Source of the DNA: Styela clava
Lineage: Eukaryota
DNA length: 64,000 nt
NCBI RefSeq assembly: GCF_964204865.1
Contig: NC_135251.1
Coordinates: 558,001-622,000, forward strand
Reading direction: 5' to 3'
Below are positions 26,301 to 38,300 of this stretch, in pieces. The notes below the pieces were generated by a model that saw only the letters and a program-made list of their open reading frames with translations, was not told the DNA's origin and did not search any database. A program made the position numbers and the translations under genes. Position 1 is the first letter of the stretch. Each line of letters opens with the position of its first letter.

Positions 26301-29300
26301 CTTCATCAGCGCGATGCAGGTTTCTATCCATTGTCGAGATGAAGTTTGCTTGTACAGCCATCGGAAACGTTGCCAAAACTGCCATAGTATGTGTACCAAG
26401 TCAGGGTTGGGCCATAATTTTATTTCAATTTTCCTTATTTTAGTTCTAGTATGCGTTCGGTGACTGTCTGTGTTAGCCAAGTAAATATACCCCCTTCGCA
26501 TAGGTTTCAGTCCCTTTACACAACTTGATGTAAAATAGGGGAACTGAATTAGTTACCTCAATATTGGTACACATACTTCTGGAACGCCGGCAAAACTATG
26601 TTACCTGCTCCTTACAAATGGCGCGCGTATTACTTATACACCCAGGATGATTTTCGCCATGCAGCCGACCTTTAGCTGTATGCCTGTATGTATATGTACG
26701 TTTATTCGAGCCTTGTCGATACAACAGTTTACGGTATTTACCGTTGAATGGTTGTAATTGCGTCACGTACGTTACGGTCGGCTACAAACACGTCATATCC
26801 GCCTAGATATCCGGTTCGCGGGTTACCCGTTTCCGGTATATTAATTTCCCTAAAAGGTATTTTATTGTTAGTAATAATAAAATTTATTCGAGCCTAGAAA
26901 ATACCGAATACAGTGCAATGTATGGATTCATATTTGCGATTATTTTTGGTTGGCTAAAAACAGCGTAGTACATTGTATATTCAGTGCTGCTGGCAACGGG
27001 TCGACGGACATGTTGAAATATGTCATTTCGACTTCAAGTTCGCTTCTGAAACTCAAATTTATAATTCTTAGTAATTCTTTGAACTGATTCTCGTTACGCC
27101 TAATTAGCTCGACTATTGCGTGACAATACGTTTGTTTTTCATTGATTATGAGATCATATTCAGTCAGACAGACCACGCACGCAACGGCGAAGTAATGTTA
27201 ACCCTCTTTATCATATTTGTGTATTTTTTCTTTTATTTTTGGTTAGTTATTTCAGAAGGGTTTATTTTTGTCAAATTATGGGAATAATGTTCCACACCAT
27301 TTATGGATTTAATCATTTTAGAGATGATTTTATCCAAAAAAAAAAAGATTTTTTCGTGTAAAGTTTTGCTCACTAGCTTATAGGCTACATCTCATTTTTT
27401 CCACTTTTATTCATGTAATATCACAGCGTAATATCTTCGTATTTTTCACTTATATTGTTCGTCAAATGTGATATTTGTGTCTCATGTTTAAACCTCGTTT
27501 GAAGCTACCCTGAATTTCTGGCCTGTGCCGTGTTAAACGTGTGGTTCTGTATGCGTGCAATGCAAGTATGCTGTAGCAAGAGGGACGCCTATTACAAGAT
27601 ATTCAAGAGTGTCGCTGCGCGCTAACGTGAATACAGAAATATTTTAAAGTAAGCGTGCATAAACCTTTTATTTTAACTCAAGCAAAGATAGAAAATCGGA
27701 AAATTAGTGTTGGGGAAATAACCGTGCGCATTGGTTAGTAAATTTATCCTTGACCAAGCATGGCGACGTATTCCATTAAACATCATAATATAACACGTTG
27801 TCGTTATAACTGTGTTTAATGACCTGATATTTCCTTGGCGAGTTTCTCTGACTTAATATCCAGCGATACTACTGTGTATTCCTATTGTAACGTAAGCAAA
27901 GGGCAGAAAATTAATGGCGGGTCAATACCGAGCATATAGTCAGCAATTTCGAGATGATTGCATTCGGTAAAGTTGGTTGTTGTTGGCCGAGCATGGTTGC
28001 CTATTTCATGAGATCATAATTAAACTAGCACGTTTCCGCCATAACTTTGTCGAAATTTACTTATTTTGCGTAATGTTAGCTTCGGGCTCTAACCACTCTA
28101 ACCAGAAAGCTAAATTTATTTTAAATCCGCTCCATTTCGGTTGCTTATTTGTTTGGTGATAATATGAAAACGTATCGTGAGAGATTCATAATTTATTTAG
28201 CGGGAAGGAATTTCCTATTTTAATTATTACAATACAATGGTGATATCGTCTTCCGAAAAAACAGCATTGTGCGTCACAATTCCCAAGTTTAGAACCGTCG
28301 TGACATTTGAAGATTGACCCACTTGCGTCGAAACGTGATTTATTCGCTCAAATTATGGGATAAATCTTGCCACGGTGATTAGAAGGTTAATATTAAACGT
28401 CGGAATATAGTTTGTGCAACAGCATATGACGTTTTTTGCGTCACGGTTTGCTTGGTGGTGGGTGTGCAGCGCGCGTTGTTTCATCTCGAAAGAATTTCAC
28501 GGCGCGTTAACCCGAGCCTCGCTGATTTGGATATGAGAAGGTTTTCTTATTTATCTCGGGAACGGAAAGTGGATAAAACAGTTCAATCACGTGGCGAATG
28601 ATGACCTTTTATCCGGTTACCAAGTCTGATATGGGGTTACTTTATTAGTTATTTGTTTCAGATACATGGACCGGATAGTTATTTTTACGCGAAAGCACTG
28701 ATATATGCTTTTGACAATAAAAATTTAAAAAGACATGAAAAAATAAACTGACATTGATTCAAAAGAATTTGTTGAGGATTCGCGAAACACGCAATGAGCA
28801 TCTAATTAGCGACGTCTTGTCGAGTTGTCTTTATAGTGAGTTCAGTTGCGATTCATATTAAGAATGCTGGTATCGAGAATACCTTATTTATTTTGTTTGG
28901 TAAACTGAAATGCCTAGGTTTCCTTACATTTATTCTTATTCCACAACAAACTAATATCAAAGGAATAAATGCGTTGCCTTCAATGAATTAAATATATTAA
29001 GGTGAACTTACTTCAAATTAATGGTTTCATTGCAAATGTTGTTTGTTCATGTTGATTGTTCATGGCTTTTCAGTTAACACTTCCAGTGTGTCGAAGTACG
29101 ATCAATATTGCTTATTCTCCTTCATGTACAGTGTGGTAGAGGGTTAATTGCCCCAAGGCACAAGTTGCGCTCGGTCGTTAACACATCACTACGTTCTATT
29201 TGTTTAAGGTCTAGAGACGCTCCTATTGGTATTTTTTTATTCATTCCGGGAAGAGGAAAGCCGATAAGGCAGCTCAATAATATAGTGAATCACAGCCTGG

Positions 29301-32300
29301 TGCTGCACATGGGAATAGTTGGCCCAGTATTTATTTCAGATACATGGACTTGCATTGAGATTTGACTGGTTTATATTTTTATTTATCCTGAGGGTGGCTT
29401 TGGGAGGGGAGGAAAGTCGATAGGACGGCTTGATCATATGGCAAACTGTGGCCCTTTATCTAGGTACCTGTCCATGTTCGAGTATGGGAATAGTTGACTG
29501 ATTTTCAAGTTGAACAACTAGACTTTATCCTAATACATTTTTAATTTCAACTATACTCTATTGGTAAATTCGTAACATGGCACATTGAAATGTGTATACC
29601 TAATTCTTAGCACCATATGCCAATAACAATCTTCCTATATGTAGGGAATAGTAACTGGCGGTCATCTGCCCTATAATCATGAACTTGAAAACAATAGATC
29701 TCATTCAAAGAACACCTCGACGGGCGCTAGATATATATTCAATAATAAATTTGTGAACCTTACTATATTTTGATATATTTGCAAGATCTCCCTATAATAA
29801 TTCTTGGCACTTTCCTTCCCTAATAAATATAAGAAATCATCCCTCATTTGTTTCAATCATTTGTCATTTCTTTTCAGTTCCCTACAATCCACCGAATCAA
29901 TGGACATAGAACGCAAACCACCGACCCCTCACAATGCAGATGACAACAGGACTCATTCTCCCAAACCACAGGTGAGATTTTATAATTTTAGTAGTTTTTT
30001 TTCACTCCGAAGAAGGCTTTGTGCAAGCAGTTACTTATAACTAAAGATCTACGAGCAGGGGTGAGAATCCCCCCTTTTGAGATTAAAAAAAAAACATTTT
30101 TCTGTATCATACATAGCAATTTTTCGTAGGTTGAAATGCTTTTCAGACCCCATGACTCTTGAAAACCCAGGTCTTCCGGTATCTGACGGGACCCGCTAGC
30201 TGTTAGAGTCCAGCTTGTCAATCAGAAATTGCAGACGCAAGATTTGAAGCAGTTCATGCCTTTCAGAAAAATTTCTCATATTTGGAGTTTATCATCTCAA
30301 ACATCTCAAACCCCTACGCTAACATAGTTGAGAAATCTCTTTAACTCAAAGGACTTCAATCCCACCATAATTCAATTTGTTCCTATTTCTCAGGAATCTC
30401 ATCCTATGATGATCGATGGAGAAAATGAGAAAATTGTGATTATTGGAGATCCAGGGTAAGTGTCAGAACTGCTTAGGTCAGCAATTTTTTTTATCACATT
30501 GACAATTAAAGTCTTGGGTTCGGCAATCTTATTTTGGTGCTGGACCAAAGGTATCAAAGTTCATTTTGTTTTGCCAGTATTAGGTTTGCTTTTAATCATA
30601 TTTTAACCAATTCAGACAATAAAATACAATTAATAAACTACGGTAATGCAAAGGGTTTTTACGAGCCTCTGGAATGTGTGATTGGGGTTTTGCTTCACCA
30701 ATAAGGTTGAAACCTAGATAGCGATCGGAGACAGCCAACTTATCAATCTGCGGTTTCGATTTCTTAGCTCTGACTCAATAGTGACACCACGTGTCCCGTC
30801 ACCAATTAATTAATAACTCGCTAATTATACGACATAATTCATCCAAAATCAATAGGCTTCTGGTCCGAGATAGGATGAATGCACATTCAACCTCGCTTTC
30901 GTGAGATATTGCGTAACATACGAAAGTGAAACAAACGAACAAATACCAATCAACATACTCATCGAAATCGATAAGTAACCATAACAACTGATCTATTGAC
31001 CTTATATTACAGTGGGCAAATCAATAAAGACGCTCAGAGTCCGATGATGGCTGGATCGCCAATATCACAGAAATCACAAGATGGCAGCAATGAGATGAGG
31101 TCTATTGTCCTAATCAACGAGAGGTATGGGGCCTACTATTTGGAATACATTCTGAAATAATATGTTATAAAAGAGGAAGAGGAATAACGTACATTTTTCT
31201 AATTTTTTCGAAGCATTTATGTATGGTACTTAGGATTTAAGTTCTGTAAATAGCAACGTGTGTTATTCATCGCCTTTAATCCTGTATGGTCAATTTTAAA
31301 GTGAGTGTGTGCAAATTTGCTCAGAGATGAGTCTTCATTACTTCTGAGTGAGTTCCTATAATTTTGCTCAGAAATGTGTTTCCTTCACTTCTAAGTGGGT
31401 GAAAATAAATATAATTATCACTACAGGGAATACAATGCAAAAACAATACAAAATCGTTGCCCTAAATTTTTTTTATTCTAATTTTCTTAGAACCATGCAT
31501 GATCATATCAATATGGACATTTTTTTCTAGCTCGGGCAGTGTCAGTACAGTTCCAGTAAGCAAGGATGGACACCTGATGCCGCCATCACCCGCACACACC
31601 CCCCAACCACCCATATCTCAACAAATGTCAACAGACAATGACCACGGAGTCAGAGCTCTCATGGTTTACAATGAAAGGTGAGTGTTTGAAGTGGATGTTT
31701 TGTGTACCAGTTTAGGGTTAGGCCATAATTCTATTTCGATTTTCCTTATTTTAGTTCTATTACAAGTTCTGGGACTGTCTGTGTTATCTAAGTGAATATA
31801 TGCCCTGCCCATATATTTCAGTCCGTTCACACAACTTGTTTGAAGTAGGCGAACAAAATTAGTTACCTCCATATTGGTACACATACTTCTGGAGCGCTGA
31901 ATTTTCTCCTGTAAAAATAGGGCATAAATTGCTTCGTGAAACAGATCAAAACTATAAATTCTGATTTTCTATATTCTTCCTAAACATGAGTTTCATCTTT
32001 TTCAGAGGCGAACCAGTAGCAGACCCGATAATACAATATGTTCCTAACCAGAATAGAGAGGACAGGTAAATACTTTAGCAAGAGTTGAAAGGGTTAAATT
32101 TTAAGAAATTATTTGTTTTGTGCTAATATGCGAGTTTGTCCTATCTTGTTTCTCTTTAAGTTGTCTCAAAGCTAGGCTACTTAGCTTGCAATCGGAAGTA
32201 AGGACATTACAGATAGGAAGAGTTGCAAATTCCCCTACCTAACCTGTTCATAGCTACATATATATTTTCCATTACATTTGCCTAATAAAGCCCCGGATCA

Positions 32301-35300
32301 AGAGAGTTGTTTAAGGTTCATCTTGAAATTCAATATTTCATTATCCAGTTGCAATGAAGTTTGCTCACTCACACAACCACTCAGAAATAAAAGAGCAGGG
32401 TATTGGATAACCAATGATATGTCAAGAGTTAATGAAACTGAATTATATCATGGTGTTGCATAATGCATACTCAGAAGTAGAGGAGACTTATCTGAGCAAA
32501 GTAATGGGCGATCATGAATGTCCAGAGTTACTAAATGGAATTATTGAGGTGCATTACACATGGCGCTCTCAAAGTATGTGCACCAAGATGGCGCACAACC
32601 TGAACCATAACCAGGTACACATACTATGTTCAGGTTGTGCGCCATCTTGGTGCACATTCTTCTGGAGCTTCTTACACATCAGTAACTACCAATTCGCACG
32701 AGACTTGGGAAGTTATCGTCAAAAGAAAATGGCGACTAGTTGTCCAGATCCCAATCCTTATTTGGTGAGATTTCTCTGTTTGAAAGTGTGTGATTCAGTT
32801 TGTATCAGAGATCACAGCGTTACATTCAGACAAAGTACTTCCTATCTGTCTTATTGAGATTTGTCATCGGCGCTTTGGAAAATGTCACCATTCGAGGTCG
32901 AGTGAAAGAAACGATTTGTAGAGAAATTTGAGCAATTCTAAGGGTACTTTATGATTTGTCATTGCGGCTTTCTCCACCGTCGAGTCCATGCATTGATTGT
33001 CCGCACACCAAGCATGGACTGTTAACAAGACGATAGGCTGTGGTTCACAATGTGATTAAGTCATTTTATTGAATCCATTTCCCCAGGGAAAAAGGTATGG
33101 AAATTCTATTCAGCCTACCACACTTACTGAGTATGTTTGAGAGATTCCTGGAGTTCTTTCCCATCATACGGTGGTTCACAACCGTCAGTTGGTTACTGAT
33201 TCCTCTACCATCAAATCCATTTTTCCGAAGTCAAATAACTAACTAATCCCATACCAGACAATTCAGTTTATGCCTTTGTGATGTGACAGCATAAAGCTGT
33301 CTTATCCACCTTTCTCTTTCCACAAGATAAATATAAAACTCTTTTTTTTTTTATCTTTGTTTCAGTTTGCTGATGAAGGAAGACAGTTATCCCATAACTT
33401 GTGGCAACAGCAAAGGAGAATTACATTGGAAGAAATTTATTTGTCCTGGCATCAATGCTAAGTGTGTCCTGGTAGGTTGGGACTAAATTAATTGCATTAT
33501 GGTTATTTGTTTTGTTTGTGGCATTTGTTTTTCAACATCAATGGATTATAACTAGACTAACAACCAACTTGCACTCCACAGCTTTTGTACAAATAGTTTA
33601 TAATGTCTTCATAAATATGTATTACAACGATACTTAAGTAAAGAATATTAGAAATAGTACAAAGTGGTACAAAGTTAAATTTCTTGCCTAAATTAATTGA
33701 ATAAATTCTTTTCTTGAGTGGAATTTCCTTCTGGCTGGGGAACCTTGCATTAACTAATAAATCAGTGACGCTCAAACTTTTTTGAATATTGACCCGCAAG
33801 ACTCAACATTTGTGAATCTAGTTTTGCTTTTAACATTAAAAGTTATCAGTTATTTTATGCGCCGTGCTGACTACTAAAACCCAATGAAAGTAGAAAAACA
33901 GGTGTGGTCAAAGAATTAAACATTTCACAGTCAATTAACCTATAGTCGTCACGAATAGTATCTAGTTAAGGTGTTATTTGCCTGTGGCCGCTTACGAGTT
34001 GATGAGTCAGTTCCTAGTTTGATGACCCTGTCTCTAATTGTTTGTTTAGTGTCACAATGTATGGATGACGCCGAAAGAGTTTGTTCAGGAAGCCGGAAAG
34101 TCTACATTGAAGGATTGGAAACGAGCAATAAGAATTAATGGAACCATGTTAAGGTGAGTTTGTGTAGGCTATGTGAGGAAATACGAACCTTGGCCCAGAA
34201 TAATTTTTCTTGAGCTTTACCACTGTAAAGTTTTTGATGCCTATTTCGAGGGTTGTCACTTACAAACTAATTTCTATGTTCATATCATCATTTTGATTCA
34301 AACTATCTATATATCAAATCAATATATCAATCAATCAAACTACCCTGATACTAAGCATTGATTTTACATTTTGTTAAGTTATTAACACATGTTAACTTGA
34401 GACATCAACCAAATTGAATTACACCCAACCCTTGCTATTATTTTTATAAAATAGTATGAAACTGTAAATTTGCAATGATAACTGGGTGTTTAGGAGCTGG
34501 AGCTCAGCTATTGTCCTAACTCCAACAAAAAGTTGGGAAAGAATTTACATATTTATCCCCGGGCGAGGAAAGTCGATAAGGCGGCTTAATCTTATGGCGA
34601 ACCAAGGTCTCTCGTCCGGTTACCAGTCCATGTCGAGTATGGGATTTCTTAGTTATTTGTTTCCGGAAGCGCGGATTGATGATAGAGGAAGCCGTATCCG
34701 ACCAGCGGTTACGTGAACCACCTCTCCTCTCGCACATGACCATCTCCAGATGGGATTCAAACCTGCAAACTCACGCAAGATAATCAAAGGTGCGGTGGTG
34801 AACGTATTCCTAACGCTCAGCACGATGAGCCACACCACCAACTTATAGCTCCTCGGCAACCGTTCTAGCTTTCTAGGCTACTTAGAAGATTTTGGCTGCT
34901 AACATATCAGCACATGAAAATTTTTCATCCATTGTTTAGAAAAATGATTGAGAGCGGTGACGTTGACTACTATCAACACGAGACAAATTGTTCGAACCAA
35001 TGTCGAAGCAATAAAGGAGCGAGTTTGGAGGCCACTTCGAGTAGAGAGAGTTTCAATCATTCTTTTGATCTGGCCGACACAAAAGATGTGAGTGGAGTTT
35101 TATTAAAGAACGATTTCCATCTATGTAAATCCGTGGTTCCCAAACTTTTTAGGCCGCGCACTCTTTTTCAGAATTTGTCAAGTCTCGCGCCCCACCTTAA
35201 AAATAACTAGCTAACAATAAGCTACAACTAACAGATAGTAGGGCGAAAGTATGTTTTATTCTAAAAACACGTTGAAAATTCGTGGATGGAATGTAAATAC

Positions 35301-38300
35301 CCAAAATAAAGCAGGCAAGATCAAATCTAACGAATATTTTATTTTTAATTAGCTTAACCCCCACCCTTAAAAAATTCGCCGGCGTTTGAGAACCACTGAT
35401 GTAAATTATATAGAGCATAATATTTTGAGTGAGGCCACAGCCAGTGGTTTGGGGTCGACGGCGTGTTTTCAAACTCATCATGGACAGAGTAGATGTCGAA
35501 AGGTTCGTTAAGCCAAGAGACCACAGGCCTCAAACAAGTCTGCTCAACAAAATTGCTATTGTAAACTGGAATTGCATTAGGTGGATTAAAACAGATAAGG
35601 CTTAACATAACCTTAATCCGAACCAAAGCCAAGATTTATATTGCAAAGCTATTTATACAACTTGTCTCCAGGAACTGAAAATTCGGCTCCGACCCCAATA
35701 TCTGTAAAATCATTATCTATCTATAAACACACTGCCTTTCGTTTTTCCTAGGCCAGAGTCTGCAAATATAGTCAACCTGAAGCAGGGGTTGAGTATAGTT
35801 TTAAAATAATCCATCAATTCGGTATGAAAAACAGGGATTAAAAACCAAAAATTAGTCTTTTCGTCGTTGTTTTCAAAACAACTTTTTCAATTTTCACCCT
35901 TGGGGGTTGAAGCCCACTGATGTTCAATAATCCCAAATTTTATTTTTACTTTTGAACATTTTCATCTGTCTGTCATGAAAGGGCCGTATTAAACAACTGG
36001 TTAAGTTTTATTCACAGCATTCGATGAACGAAGGGCCATCCTTGGAACGATCAAACTCTGAAGATAATACGATGTTATTGAACGCGAAACGAGCTATGTT
36101 ATCCGTGCAGAGATTGTCACAGGAAAGCCAGAAAAGTTTTGGTGAGTCAACATTTTTTCGAAGTTCAGTCTATCCAGGGTGATGCACAATGCTGCTGTGG
36201 TTTGAAAATAGACATTTTTTGGTCAATTGGATGTTGAAAAGTGTTTCGCAATAACAAAAAGTCATTTAAAGTGACATCATTGATTTTCTGCCTAGCTTGT
36301 GTTCAGAAATTTGGTAGTTATGCGCCATTTTTTTTCTACACATCTATCCGCATTTAGGCAGCGTTTTCTCCACATCTTCACGCTACATTTTAAACAAGTC
36401 TATAGATGAGCATCTATCTATGAGCATTCACTGATACTTAATGAGCTGCTATTTTCAATATTGGCGAATTTTTTCCATTACACCAGTGGTTCCTAAACTT
36501 TTTGTTCGTTCGGCACCAAATTATCACAGGGAAAAAAATCATGTCGCACCTACACAAAAAAAAATTGATATCTTCGAATGAAACTCAATTTTGTGATCGT
36601 CAATGTATGTTTTATGCTTTTTGAAGTTTAAGCCTAAGGAATAAATGCAATGTCAACAAAACAACATAACGTCATAACATTTGCATTTATTTATCTAATG
36701 AGAGTTGTGCGGCTGCTGCTCTGAACACCTAGTTACGATTAACACAATTCTGATAATTTTTGGGGCTTCCTTAGCAAATCGCTGCGGTGCACTAGCCACT
36801 ACATTACTCATATGTTAGATGAGCATAGACTCGACATTTCCGTTGCAGCATTGCCTACTCAGTTTATTACACATGGGTTGGATGGTGAGCACAGGGGTTT
36901 GAACCAGTTATCACCAACTCTCTGCATCAACACCTTAACCACTGAGCCATAGATTTTAATTCTGAAATCTTCATTCAGGTGGAATGAGTTCGTTAGAGCG
37001 GTCAAGTTCAGAAGACTCAGGATTGGCTCCTTCACCTCAGCTAGATGGGATGGTCATGAGAGAATCCATTGCCACAGCTGACAAGATACAAGGTAGATTT
37101 ACATGTTTGTATCGTGTTTTCATGTTAACTCTGTAGCAGTGATTCTCAAACTTTTTGGTATCGAAACCCCTAAATCGAATTACCAAAAGCTCAATTGTTC
37201 CTTTCATAAAATGCAATTTCCAGCATGCAATATATCATGCCGTCCATCCTTACGCGCACTTAACTTAGTCTATCTATTTGTTCAGATCTCCAAGCGTTCT
37301 GGTCTGGAATTATCAGAACTGACTTATTTGATGAAGTTGTTCAGGATGTTGTTTCACAGGTGAGTGAGAACATATGACTTGCAGTGTATCTGTGTCGACT
37401 CTTTTATTTATCTGTGCTCCCGCCGCTGTTAGTTAAGAGTTTGCTGGAGAGTCAGTAGTTTATTTTTAGTTGCACAAGCACTGAAGTAAAATAAAAATAA
37501 TGTATTTCAGCATGAAGAAAGACACAATAAACCAGTAATGGTTATTGAGCAACGTCATCTATAAAGACCTATTGAGTCTTTCAATGGAGATGACCTCAAT
37601 AGACAAAATTTTGCATAAATAAGCAATCGTTTTCGTTTTCGATAATGATGACACAATTCCCCCCCATTGCTGATTTTCATTCTTTTAATTCTCTCTCTCC
37701 CAGGTTTCATCGATACAACATCGAGCAAAAACCTCCCCGATAGTGTCAGCGGAAGACGCCGTGATGATGACAAATCTTGCAAACGCTCTGGAGTTGATTC
37801 CGACAATCGCTCAGAAGATGGCAACACATAAAATGACGGTGGAAAGACAGGCTGAACAGTCAAATCTCGCTATCCAAGGTGGGTCCTAGTCTCCTTTTTG
37901 AGTGAGTGCCCATAACTTTGATCGGAGATGTGTCTTCTGTACTTCTGAGTGAGTGTCCGCAACTTTGATCATAGATGCGTCTGCTGTACTTCTGAGTGAG
38001 TGCCCATAACTTTGATCAGAGATGCATCTGCTGTACTTCTGAGTGAGTGCCCATAACTTTGATCAGAGATGCGTCTGCTGTACTTCTGAGTGAGTGCCCA
38101 TAACTTTGATCAGAGATGCGTCTTCTGTACTTCTGAGTGAGTGTCCGTAACTTTGATCAGAGATGCGTCTGCTGTACTTCTGAGTGAGTGCCCATAACTT
38201 TGATCAGAGATGAGTCTTCTGTACTTCTGAGTGAGTGCCCATAACTTTAAAGATATTCTGGCACTCCTGAAGTATTTGTAACAAGATGACGCACAACCTA

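Noticed and set aside
28660-28700. ttcag|atacATGGAC as an alternative GMEB exon
   Set aside because: Part of a SINE family 1 remnant, and the frame stops quickly
32414-32857. Longest ORF in the track (147 aa) as a gene
   Set aside because: Intronic, runs through a palindromic MITE, and has no recognisable motif
36883-36950. Functional tRNA gene
   Set aside because: The acceptor stem does not pair, the anticodon arm is irregular, and the sequence continues into a repeat body
37555-37863. 102 aa minus-strand ORF
   Set aside because: Antisense shadow of GMEB exon 37704-37878
37896-38248. CRISPR array
   Set aside because: Head-to-tail 47-bp units with no unique spacers, no cas genes, and located inside a eukaryotic intron
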